A DNA stretch of 20,000 nt. It comes from Chiloscyllium plagiosum. Its lineage: Eukaryota. Location: assembly GCF_004010195.1 (NCBI RefSeq), contig NC_057750.1, positions 4,861,017 to 4,881,016 on the forward strand. The letters run 5' to 3'. The notes under the pieces were generated by a model, which saw only the letters and a list, made by a program, of their open reading frames with translations, was not told the DNA's origin and did not search any database. Below are positions 1 to 9,212 of the stretch, piece after piece. Within the stretch, counting starts at the first letter, position 1, and every line of letters begins with the position of its first letter. The position numbers and the translations under genes are program-made.

Positions 1-210
1 ATTGATTATTGTAAAAGCCCATCTGGCTCACAAGTGTCCTTTATGGAAGGAAATGCATGTCAGGTTTGGAATGTATGAGACTTCAGACCCACAGCGATGT
101 GGTACACTCTGAACTGCCTTGCCTAACCACTCATTTCATTATTAATTTGGGATGGAGTAACAATTGCTGGCCTGGTCTCCATCACCTACAGCACGTGAAA
201 GAATGAAATG
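1..210 (+). mobile_element. 3' half of a shark tRNA-derived SINE (family distinct from HE1)
   Basis: cccatctggctcac..tgtcctttatggaaggaaat..cagacccacagcgatgtgg..gggatgg..tgctggcc. The 5' half of the same family is at 19485-19657. Confidence 0.65.
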
Positions 211-659
211 AGTCTACCTCCCACCATTCTAAACATAATTAAACAAATTGACTGTCAACTCACTACTGGGGCAGAGGATTGTGCTCAAGAGTTGCCTCTT
301 GTTTTTCCCGAAGTGACGAGCAGCAAAAGGTTCAGTCCCCCCTCGCTAGACTGATTTCATTGATTTCATTGTGTCTAAATAGTCACAGCTCACAAGATTC
401 ATGTGACTTTAGCTTGCGACTCCTGGGTTTAACTTGGAGGTGGTGAACAAATCTTGGTGACCACTGGGGCACTGTCCACATCCAATCGTGTTACATCATC
501 GCAATTCACGGCAAAGAAAGTGAGAAACTATCGTTTCAGAATGGTCAATGATAATCCATTATATGCGTCTCTGCCAAGACATAGTGGGGGGGGGGGGTTA
601 AATCATTGAAAGAGGCCATTCAGCCCATTCCGTCAGTGCTGGTTTGTCAAAGATCTAAA

Positions 660-800
660 TAAAATCCAAAAGAACTGCAGATGCTGTAAATCAGGAACAA
701 AAACAGAAAATGCTGGAAAACCTCAGCAGGTCTAGCAGCATCTGTGATGGGGAAATCAGAGTTAACATTTTGAGTCCGGTGGACCCTTCCTCAGAACTGA
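660..800 (-). mobile_element. PLE-derived terminal fragment with a degenerate hammerhead
   Basis: Minus strand AGTT-CTGAGGA-AGGGTCC-ACC-GGACTC-AAAA-TGTT-AACT, followed by cagatgctgctagacctgctgag. Confidence 0.7.
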
Positions 801-1093
801 TTTGTAGGTTTTGAAACAGCTTTAGCGCCTGGTTACTAGCCCAGTGACATCCCCACAACACCACCACCTGTGCCATCAGAAGCTGAAGAGAATGTTAGTG
901 ACTGGCCCAGCCTGAGAAATAACATGTGGTTCGCCTCAATACAGCAGCTCACTCGTATTGAGTGCTGTATTGACATATTCCAAAAATAAGATGACAGCTT
1001 CAGACAGGGTAAGAAGAGAACGGGGGAATAAACAATGATAAATTTGAATAAAATAAAGGTCAGTGAGACACTACTGACAAAGACCATACGTAC

Positions 1094-1142
1094 TTTCAGA
1101 AACATGGGATGGCTCACTCGTTTCTCCTTGAGACTCCGAGCT
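1094..1142 (-). CDS. Exon 3 (49 nt): SSESQGETSEPSHVSE + 1 nt; gene presumably continues left of the window
   Basis: Acceptor gttttctttgtctttcag| and donor AAA|gtacgt (alternative TAC|gtatgg 4 nt later). Open in phase 0 with the same Ser/Glu-rich composition as exons 1-2. Confidence 0.7.
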
Positions 1143-1218
1143 CTGAAAGACAAAGAAAACTGCTGAAAGTTGCTGTCGTAAATTAACTAGAACAATCTAT
1201 GCTAACCCATCTCTCATA

Positions 1219-1425
1219 CAGGTATTTCTTCCAGAACCCGAAAGTTGCGTTCCTGTGTGACCTTGTGCTATACAAAAATCACGTGATACAAATAGCGTTG
1301 GTGACATAATCGTGTTATTGCCAGGAGACTTTAAAAGTCTGCATTTCAGAAAGTGTTCACTATTCATCCAATCATGTTACAGCCAATTTGCATTAACAAA
1401 AGATGCGTTGTTGCAGAACTACCTG
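1219..1425. mobile_element. Tc1/mariner (Tigger/pogo-like) MITE, 207 bp
   Basis: TA|CAGGTATTTCTTCCAGAAC ... GTTGTTGCAGAACTACCTG|TA: imperfect TIRs with a TA target duplication. Confidence 0.8.
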
Positions 1426-1714
1426 TACTTACTGTTTCTAACACAGATCTATCTTCCTTTCAATGGCATGACATTAAGCACACAACCTCGCCTACAACTT
1501 CAGTGCCATTGGGAAGGTGGGCTGCACTGCTGCAGGAGCTTCCCAACTGGGATGAGACTTTTCATTCGGTCTCGAAGGGGTATAGGAGAGTGCAGAAAAG
1601 TGGGGTTGGTGGGGCCATTTGCAGCAAAACATTGTGCAGTAAAAGAAAAGTGCAGTTAGACAGCATATTCCACACCCTCACGACACCATGGAGCACATTT
1701 CTGTTATGTGTCTT

Positions 1715-1810
1715 TGAAATGTAGTCAGTCATGACACAAGTCACCAGATAGCCTATTTAGTTAAGGTGATGGGGTGTTGAGGTATAACCGTTGGCCAGAA
1801 CACGAGGACA
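1715..1810 (-). mobile_element. Old Deu-domain SINE fragment (SacSINE/AmnSINE-like)
   Basis: tttgaaatgtagtca..accagata..gttgagg..ttggccagaacac resembles the recalled consensus. Related pieces at ~8900-9000 and ~18050-18192. Confidence 0.5.
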
Positions 1811-1837
1811 AGAATGCCCCAAAGATTTCTGGCTGTG

Positions 1838-1995
1838 TGTTTTTATTCATTTGTGGGACGTGGGCATCACTGGCTGGGCCCAGCATTTATTGCCCGTTCC
1901 TAGTTGCCCCTTGAGAAGGTGGGGGTGAGCTGCCTTCTTGAACCGCTGCAGTCCGTGTGCTGTAGGTGGACCAGGGATTCCAAGGTTTTGACCTA
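1838..1995 (-). mobile_element. LINE 3' end (CR1/L2 group) sharing its tail with the SINE at 1-210
   Basis: cagcatttattgcccgttcctagttgccccttgagaaggtgggggtgagctgccttcttgaaccgctgcag. Confidence 0.65.
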
Positions 1996-2124
1996 CCGAC
2001 ACCAATGGAGTGGCTACAGAAAGCCTCGTTTACATTAGAAAGTAAGGAATAGGAGCAGGAATGGGCAGTGTGCCTCCACAAGCCTGCTCTGCTATTCAGT
2101 TAGATCATGGCTGAATGTTCCATA

Positions 2125-2420
2125 AGCCTCACCCCCTTCCCTCTCTCTGGAACCTCCTTCAGCCCCACAACCGTCCCGAATCTCTGCACTCCTCTAATCC
2201 CGGCCCCTTGAGCATCCTCAATTTTAGCCGCTGCACCATTGATGGCTGAGCCTTCAGCTGCCTGGATCCTGACACTCATCAGTTCTCCATCGCTCTCCTC
2301 CTTTAAGGTGCTGCTTTATACTTGGTAATTTGCCCTAATTTCACTTTACCTGCTTGGTATCAATTTGGAATTACCACTGGAGTACACTGACAAGTTTTAT
2401 TTCTTTAAAATCACCACATC
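2125..2420 (+). mobile_element. L2-like LINE 3' fragment
   Basis: ctctgcactcctctaat..gcaccattgatggctgagccttcagctgcctg is a typical L2 3'-end motif. Confidence 0.6.
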
Positions 2421-2445
2421 AGATTGTACAAACTTATGACTCAAA

Positions 2446-2938
2446 TCATTGAGCTGTACAACATGGAAAGACACCTTTCGGTCAAACTCATCCATGCCAA
2501 CCAGATATCCTAAATTAATCTAGTTCCATTTGCCAGCACTTGGCCCATATCCCTCTCAACCCTTCCTATTCATGTAGCTATACAGATGCCTTTTAAAACC
2601 AACCCAAAGAAACCCATACATATAAAGAGAAAGCAGGAATCATCAGCAGTGCTTCGTCCGGAGGTTCACTGAAGATGTTACCGAGTATGGTGACAAATCA
2701 GCTGAAAGTGAACCTTCCAGCACAGTGAGCAAACCTACATCCAGAGCCTTTTAAATGTTATAATTGTACCAGCCTCCACCACTTCCACTGGCAGCTCATT
2801 CCATACACACACCACCCCCTGTGTGAAAAAGTTGTCCTTTAGGTCTGTTTTAAATCTTTCTCCTCTCTCCTCATCTTGTAATTAATCCTGACCCCTAAGA
2901 TATTCATTGTATTTCAATATATAAACCTATGCCGTCTA
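2446..2938 (-). mobile_element. HER1/CR1-like LINE 3' end, interrupted by a PLE fragment (2598-2738) and by the left hairpin arm
   Basis: Collinear with the copies at 17640-17900 and 19020-19210 (ccagatgccttttaaatgttgtaattgtaccagcctccaccacttcc). Confidence 0.85.
2598..2738 (+). mobile_element. PLE pLTR fragment with hammerhead remnant and flanking duplication
   Basis: CTGAAGA-T-GTTACC-GAGTAT-GGTGAC at 2669-2694. Flanked by atacagatgccttttaaa (2580-2597) and atccagagccttttaaa (2739-2755). Confidence 0.65.
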
Positions 2939-2984
2939 TCTATTGAAATACAATGAATATTTTAGGGATCAGGATTAATTACAA
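2876..2984. repeat. Inverted repeat/hairpin with 51-bp arms (4 mismatches) and a 7-nt loop
   Basis: Arm 2876-2926 (ttgtaattaatcctgacccctaagatattcattgtatttcaatatataaac) versus the reverse complement of 2934-2984. Confidence 0.95.
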
Positions 2985-3039
2985 AATTCTAGAGTCCATA
3001 AGCTGCATTCCAGAATAAATTAATATACTGTTTCGGTAC

Positions 3040-3077
3040 CTCACTTCCAGAGTCAGCGCCTGTTTTCGGTTCTGAGG
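3040..3077 (-). CDS. Exon 2 (38 nt): (A)SEPKTGADSGSE
   Basis: Strong acceptor tgtttcttgtctttctttag| and donor GAG|gtaccg in non-repetitive sequence. Phase 1 to 0 fits both neighbours. TCAGAACCGAAA repeats the exon-1 SEPK codons. Confidence 0.7.
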
Positions 3078-3437
3078 CTAAAGAAAGACAAGAAACACAT
3101 TTCAGATGAGTATTTTGCATCACAGGTAAATTAAAGGGGTTAAAGGCATACCCACCAGCTTCAGAATAAAAATGAATTGACAGCCTGATTTCTCAATTCA
3201 CTTGCACAATCACATCAACTGGAACAATACTGGTCCAGAATCACAGAACTGTTCGAGAGCAGGAGGCGGCCATTCAGCCCAACACATCTGCATTGACTTT
3301 CCAAATGAGTAATTCACTTAATGCTCACCTTCGCCCTGAACCTCCTTACTTTTCAGCTTACATAATTCCCTGCTGAAAGCCTCGATTGAACCAGTCTCCA
3401 CCACACTTTCAGGCAGTGCATCCCATACCTCGACCTA

Positions 3438-4075
3438 CAGTCTACAGCACGGAAACAGACCTTTTGATCCAACCAGTCCATGCCGACCTAATCCCAAACT
3501 AAACTAGTCCCTCCTGCCTGCTCCTGGTTCATATCTCTCCAAACATTTCTTATTCATGTACTTATCCAAATGTCTTTTAAACGTACAACTGGACGCGTAT
3601 CCACCATTTCCTCTGGTCGTTCCTTCCACACATGAACCATTCCCTGTGTAAAGAAGTTGCCCCCATGGCATTTTTAAATCTTTCTCTTCTCACCTTAAAA
3701 ATGTGCCCTCTCGTCTTCAATTCCCACTCTAGGGAAAATACACTAGCCATTAACCTTCCCTAAACCCCTCACGATTTAAAAACCCTCAATAAGGTCACCC
3801 CTCAACCTTCTAAACTCCAGTGAAAGAAGTTCGAGCCAATCAAACTTCTCCTTATAACTCAAACCTTCCGTTCCCAGCACCCACTTAGTAAATCTTCTCT
3901 GAACTCTCTCCAGTTTAATAATATCCTTCCTAAAACAGGGCGACCAGAGCTGGACACTGTACTCCAGAGGAGGCCTCACCGACAATCTCAACATGACGTC
4001 CTACACACTATACTCAAAGGTCTGAGCAATGAAGGCAAGTGTGCTAAATGCCTTCTTAGCCAGCCTGTCTACTTG
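3438..4075 (-). mobile_element. CR1-type LINE 3' fragment (ORF2 C-terminus) nested in an older CR1 (3238-3430 and 4085-4290)
   Basis: ORF 3776-3994 VRPPLEYSVQLWSPCFRKDIIKLERVQRRFTK...RRLRGDLIE is the CR1 post-RT signature. Confidence 0.9.
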
Positions 4076-4604
4076 GTCAAACATGCTTTTTCTCATATCA
4101 CATTTGCTTCTTTTGCAAATGGCTTTAAACCATTGCCCTCTCATCTCAGTCCGTTCATTAGAGCCAACAGTTTTTTCCTATGAACGCTGTTCAGATCCCT
4201 GACGATTCAAACATCTCAATCAGATCTCCTGTCAGCCTTCTCTTCTCCAAGTAAAACAGTCTGAAACTTCGCCAACCTATCCACAGAACTGAAGTGAAAA
4301 ACGACACTTCTGTCTCTTTTGGAAAATAACACAATTTCCTCCCTCCCAACCAAACCTTCAAAAATGGTAAGAAAAGCAGGATATCCTGAAGAGGATCAGT
4401 GGAGAGACAAAATAGTTAACATTTCAAACTATAGGAACAGAAATAGGCCATTCGGCCCCTCAAGCCTGTTCTATCATTCAGTATTGTTACGGAGTGTTCT
4501 CCGTAACCCTGGATTCCTCTACTGATCAAAAACTAATCTATTTCAGCCTTAAATGATATGATTTATTAACAAAAACCATGCCACAAAAGTCCTACTGTTC
4601 CAAA

Positions 4605-4725
4605 TAAATCACATTGGACTCAGAACATTAACACTGTTTTTCTCTCTCCTCAGATGCTGCAGACCTGATGAGTTTCTCCAGCAATTTCTGCTTTCATTTA
4701 ATCTTTCATGTATCTGCAGCACTTG
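4605..4725 (+). mobile_element. PLE-derived terminal fragment
   Basis: ggactcagaacattaac..cagatgctgcagacctgatgagtttctccagc. Similar decayed copies at ~5108-5200(-), 5752-5840(+), 9835-9955(-) and 13335-13460. Confidence 0.6.
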
Positions 4726-5259
4726 GCTGTTATTTGAGTGGTGATGGGGCAACTGAAGAAAGAACAGATCAGACCAGAGGAAATATACAATGGGATAAAC
4801 GAGACTCATTACCAAAGGTTAGTTTACAAAAAGGTAAAAAAAAAAATAGGTTTGATGCAGAGGTAACGTCCTGGAATTGTTGGAACTCAATATGGAGACA
4901 GGAAGACTGTAAATTTTCTCATCCAATTCCTAAATCATATTCTCATTGTTGTGATTATAGCATTATTACAGCACAGGAGCAAGACATCTGGCCCATTGAA
5001 TCTATGAAGAATTTACACTGGCTAACACGAGGAAAACAAGAGGTGGCCAAGGGCAGAGACTGGGCTGGACAGGAAAATTAACTAATGGAACAGAAGTACT
5101 TCTAACACAAAAAGAAAAACACTGTGAATGCTGGAAATCTGAAATATAAACTAAACATCATGCTGGAAAAGCATGATGAACAGCATTGATGATGAGACAG
5201 AAGAGAGCATAAAGACTTAACACTTCCCAGATATCCTGATCTGAAGTGGATGATTTATC

Positions 5260-5990
5260 TCCAATTTCTAAAAGCTAACATGCAGGCACAGCAAGCTATT
5301 AGGAAGATAAATGGTTTGTTGGCATTCATCTCAAGGGGATTGGAGGACAAAAGTAAAAGTAGCCTTGCAACAGTTGTATAGTGATTTGGTGAGACCTCAC
5401 CAGTAGTACTGTGCACAGTTTTGGTTGCCTGAATTAAGGCAATATACACTTGCCATAGAGGCAGCACAACTGAGGACTCCCAGATTAACCACAGGATGGC
5501 GGCATTGTTTGATAAGGAGGGACGAAAGTGGCTGGATCTGTATTGCTGAAGAGTTCTGAAAAATAAGAGATACCTACGTTGAAGCCTACACAGGGACAGG
5601 CTGGTAATGACATACCTAAAGCCTGGGAACATTAGCATGTGATAATGGGCAAGCCATTTAGGACTGAGGTGAAGAGGAATTTCTTCACTGAGACAATGGT
5701 GATTTTTTGGGGGGATTCTGTACCCCTAAAGAATGTGGAAGCTCAGCCATTGGGTTCTGAAGGAGGAGATGAAACATTAACATTGTTCTCTCTCCACTTC
5801 AAGGCCTGTTGAGTTTCTCCAGAAATGTCTTTGTCTCAATCTTTGAGCAGTTTCAAGAATGAAATAGACAGGTTTATAGAGTGTAGGGTCATTGAGTGAT
5901 GGAGATATGGTTGGAAAGTGACGTTATCACAAGAGATCAGCCGTGGTCTCAGACTGACAGAGCTGGTTCAATGGGTGGAATCCATTCTTC
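5260..5990 (+). mobile_element. Old, decayed CR1-type LINE 3' region
   Basis: ttggtgagacctcaccagtagtactgtgcacagttttgg (degenerate LVRPHLEYCVQFW) and ccatttaggactgaggtgaagaggaatttcttcact. Confidence 0.75.
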
Positions 5991-6060
5991 TCCTGTTTGC
6001 TCTGGGGTAAACAGCCTTCTCCTTGTGACAACATGCATCACGGCCTCCTCCCTACTGACT

Positions 6061-6800
6061 CCTCCCCAGTGACTGTGAGGTCTAATGTCCCCTCCCCAGT
6101 GACTGTGGGGTCTAATGTCCCCTCCCCAGTGACTATCGCCTCCAACATCCCCTCCCCAGTAACTATGGGCTCCAACGTCCCCTCCCCAGTGACTGTGGGG
6201 TCTAATGTCCCCTCCCTAGTGACTATCGGCTCCAACGTCCCCCCCCTGACTTCTGTGGGGTCTAACGTCCCCTCCCCAGTGACTGTGGGGTCTAATGTCC
6301 CCTCCCCAGTGACTGTGGGGTCTAATGTCCCCTCCCCAGTGACTGTGGGGTCTAATGTCCCCTCCCCAGTGACTGTGGGGTCTAATGTCCCCTCCCCAGT
6401 GACTGTGGGGTCTAATGTCCCCTCCCCAGTGACTGTGGGGTCTAATGTCCCCTCCCCAGTGACTGTGGGGTCTAATGTCCCCTCCCCAGTGACTGTGGGG
6501 TCTAATGTCCCCTCCCCAGTGACTGTGGGGTCTAATGTCCCCTCCCCAGTGACTGTGGGGTCTAATGTCCCCTCCCCAGTGACTGTGGGGTCTAATGTCC
6601 CCTCCCCAGTGACTGTGGGGTCTAATGTCCCCTCCCCAGTGACTGTGGGGTCTAATGTCCCCTCCCCAGTGACTGTGGGGTCTAATGTCCCCTCCCCAGT
6701 GACTGTGGGGTCTAATGTCCCCTCCCCAGTGACTGTGGGGTCTAATGTCCCCTCCCCAGTGACTGTGGGGTCTAATGTCCCCCTCCCCAGTGACTGTGGG
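6061..6800. repeat. 30-bp minisatellite (CCTCCCCAGTGACTGTGGGGTCTAATGTCC), 24 full units plus a partial
   Basis: Directly visible. Units 6271-6780 (17 copies) are identical; variant units are confined to 6061-6270. Confidence 0.99.
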
Positions 6801-6869
6801 CTACTCTGCTATCAGCCATTTCAATTCGCCCCTGGAAGGAAGTTGTGGTCATGTCCAGCCTCCTTGCTC

Positions 6870-7200
6870 CTTTGATTGGCTCAAACGAACCGGAAGACGG
6901 CCGCAACCTCGCGTCCATTGGGCTAGAGCGACCGTCAATCAGGTTCCGCCCGGCTCCATGGAGACGGACCAGAGGCGGCTGTTTGTCCGGGGGCGGCCCG
7001 TGCCTCCCCCGCACAGACACTGACAGAGGCCGCAAGCGCCCTCACGCTGCGGGCCTCCGGCCGCCTTTCACCTTTCGGTTCCGACATCGGCAATGTCTCT
7101 CTCTCTCTTCCCGCCGCCGCCGCCTTCGTCTCCCCTCCTAAACTGTTCGACCCCCAAATACTTCCGGGCGGAGGGACGTGGAACCCGAGGAAAGGTTCCG
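6870..7200 (-). promoter_or_regulatory. CpG island: promoter, 5'UTR and start of intron 1 of the minus-strand gene
   Basis: Dense CpG in a CpG-depleted background. ETS ACTTCCGG 7160-7167 overlaps GC box GGGCGG 7166-7171. Also (CCG)n/(CT)n 5'UTR-like tract, ATTGG at 6875 and 6917, CCGGAAG at 6890 and CCGTCAATCA at 6932-6941. Confidence 0.8.
7072..7087 (-). CDS. Coding part of exon 1 of an unidentified minus-strand gene (MSEPK + 1 nt)
   Basis: Minus strand reads ATG TCG GAA CCG AAA G|gtgaaa (donor GT at 7071-7070). It lies in a CpG island ~75 nt downstream of an ETS/GC-box pair, and phase 1 joins the next exon in frame. Confidence 0.65.
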
Positions 7201-7202
7201 CC

Positions 7203-7346
7203 CTATGGGTTGGTGTGGTACAGTTGGATGCTGTGCTGGGACCTGACCCTGGTGGCTATGTCCATCCGGTCGATAAGGAAGAGGACAGAGATAAAGATTA
7301 TAAAGAATACAACGGCTGCGTTAGAGAAAACAATCATAACGTCCAT
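7203..7346 (-). CDS. Candidate 47-aa single-pass membrane microprotein or uORF: MDVMIVFSNAAVVFFIIFISVLFLIDRMDIATRVRSQHSIQLYHTNP
   Basis: Translated by hand: ATG at 7346 (+4 G) to TAG at 7205-7203. A 23-residue uncharged hydrophobic stretch is followed by DR. No homolog recognised. Confidence 0.25.
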   Translation of the reverse strand: MDVMIVFSNAAVVFFIIFISVLFLIDRMDIATRVRSQHSIQLYHTNP

Positions 7347-7586
7347 GAGATGGGGGGGGGGGGGAAGAAAGCCTAGTGGCACCAGTTTTTTTCACACATT
7401 GAAACATCTTGGCAATGCCTAACCTGGGGGTGAGAAGTGATGGCACAATTAGAATTGTGACCTAGTCCCTGCATCTCTGCTCAGGAGGGTGTTGGGGGAT
7501 GGCCTTAGTTCCAAAATTACCAACATCAAGGAAAATGCATATAATCAGCAAGAGAATCCCATTTTCCGAATCCTAAACAGCTTACC

Positions 7587-8401
7587 ATTAGAATCCCTAC
7601 AGTGTGGAAGCAGGCCAATAGAAACATTGAAGATTGCAGCAGGAGGAGGCCATTCGTCATGATCACTTATGATCGTCCAAATCAATCGTCTAATCCTGCT
7701 TTCTCCCCATGACCTTTGATCCCATCACCCTAAGTGGTAGAAGTAGCCACCTCTTGAATACGTTCAATGCTTTGACATCAACGACTTCCTGTAGTATTGA
7801 ATTCCACAGGCTACCACTCTCTTGGTGAAGAAATGTCTCCTCATCTCCATCCTAAATAATTCACTCCTAATCCTCAGTGTGACTCCATTCAGCCCAGCAA
7901 GTCTACACTGACGCTCTACAGGATTGAAGACCATCCTATCCTGTAAGCCGCCTCCTCGACCTAACCTTTCTTCCTTCCCACCTATCCACTCCACTGACTT
8001 ATCACAATAAGTTCCTACTTGCATCCACCTATCACTGTCCCACATAACTTACCCCTCCACCCCACCAGCCTCCTCTGAACTCCTTCCCTATCCCCTATTC
8101 CGAAACGTCGGCTTCTCCTCCTCCTGACGCTGTCAAGCTTGCTGTGTTCTTCCAGCCTCCTGTTTGTCTGCATTTCTCATGGCTAATCCACCTAGGCTGC
8201 ACATTCCTGGACAGTATGGGGCTATTTAGCATAGCAATCCACCCTAAACTGCACATCTTTGGATTGTGGGAGGAAACCAGAGCACCCGAAGGAAACCCAC
8301 GCAGACACGGGGAGAACATACAAACTCCACACAGACAGTCACCCAAGGCTGGAATCGAAGCTGCATTCCTGGAGCTGTGAGGCAGCAATGCTAACCACTG
8401 A
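7587..8401 (-). mobile_element. HE1/V-SINE split into three pieces by a CR1 tail (7618-7884) and a PLE 3' region (~7946-8170)
   Basis: Tail 7587-7617 (agaatccctacagtgtggaagcaggcca) resumes at ~7886 (ccattcagcccagc); V-domain and tRNA head at 8171-8401. Confidence 0.75.
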
Positions 8402-8575
8402 CACCTAGTTTTGGATTCTCCTACCCTGGGGAAAAGACCTTGTCTATTTACCTTATACATACCCCTCCTGATTTTATAAACCTGCCAATGCTCCAACCTA
8501 TTCAGCCTCTCCCTGTAGCTCAAACTCTCCAACTCTTGCAATATCCTTGTAAATCTTTTCTAAACCCTTTCAAGT
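8402..8575 (-). mobile_element. HER1/CR1 LINE fragment
   Basis: Translation LESLSYRERLNRL..VYKI..VNRQGLFPRVGESKTR matches ORF 17441-17797. Confidence 0.8.
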
Positions 8576-8597
8576 CTCCGATTGAAAATTTGGCATT

Positions 8598-8852
8598 GAG
8601 CGCCATGGACCCGGTTTGATTCCAGCCTGGGGTAACTGTCTCTGTGCAGTTTGCACATTCTCCATGTGTCTGCGTAGGTTTCCTTTGGGTGCTCTGATTT
8701 TTCCCACAGTCCATAGTTGTGCAGGTTAGGGTAGATTGGCTGTGGTAAGTTAAGGATTATATAATAGGGAGTTGGATCTGGATGGTATGCCATTTGGAGG
8801 GTCAATGTAGACCCAATGGGTTTAATGCCCTGCTTCCACACTGTGGGGATTC
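8598..8852 (+). mobile_element. HE1/V-SINE, 5'-truncated
   Basis: B-box-like ggtttgattcc, V-domain gtttgcacattctcc..tctgcgtaggtttcc, tail cctgcttccacactgtggggattc. Confidence 0.8.
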
Positions 8853-9212
8853 GGAGGTGGTTTTTATCGTAGTGAGGCATAAATTACCCGTGATAACGCG
8901 GTAACTCCACTCCTTCTTTGCAATGCGATTCAATCTTTTACGTCCACTTGTGAGGTGAATGTGTTGGGGATCTTGATTGGTCTTTAATGATCCGCTAGTA
9001 TCCACAGAAAGAGGATTTCAGATATTTAGTGTAGCTTGCAGCATTTCTCCCTCTTTAATTGGCTGTATAGTTGATGGCCATGCCCAAAACTCTGGGATTT
9101 ATATAATTCCAAACTTCTTTCCCTCTGCAGAGAGATCTAAAATCTCTCGCCTTGATCAACCATTGGATAATTGCTATAGTGTGCATTGGCTTGGGTCGAA
9201 TTTCAAACCACA

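Noticed and set aside
868..911. Possible exon 4 on the minus strand ((T)LGQSLTFSSASDGT)
   Set aside because: It is in frame only with the weaker exon-3 donor (the better donor gives an early TAA), and its donor gtggtg falls in what looks like a SINE head. Not fully excluded without RNA-seq.
1312..1744. Overlapping 60-123-aa ORFs
   Set aside because: They span the MITE and SINE remnants, mostly have non-ATG starts, and show no coherent protein features.
4668..5081. 137-aa ORF
   Set aside because: It starts inside a PLE fragment, crosses an A-run and a LINE-tail-like motif, and is antisense to the host intron.
6061..6800. CRISPR-like array
   Set aside because: The units are contiguous with no unique spacers, there are no cas genes, and the context is vertebrate.
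5997..6875. 292-aa ORF of (PSPVTVGSNV)n resembling a mucin-like repeat protein
   Set aside because: It is the stop-free frame of a 30-bp minisatellite, has a non-ATG start and no synonymous variation across 17 units, and is antisense within an intron.
6772..7422. Several overlapping ORFs across CpG island 1
   Set aside because: Arg/Pro/Gly-rich translations typical of GC-rich promoter DNA, with no recognisable homology.
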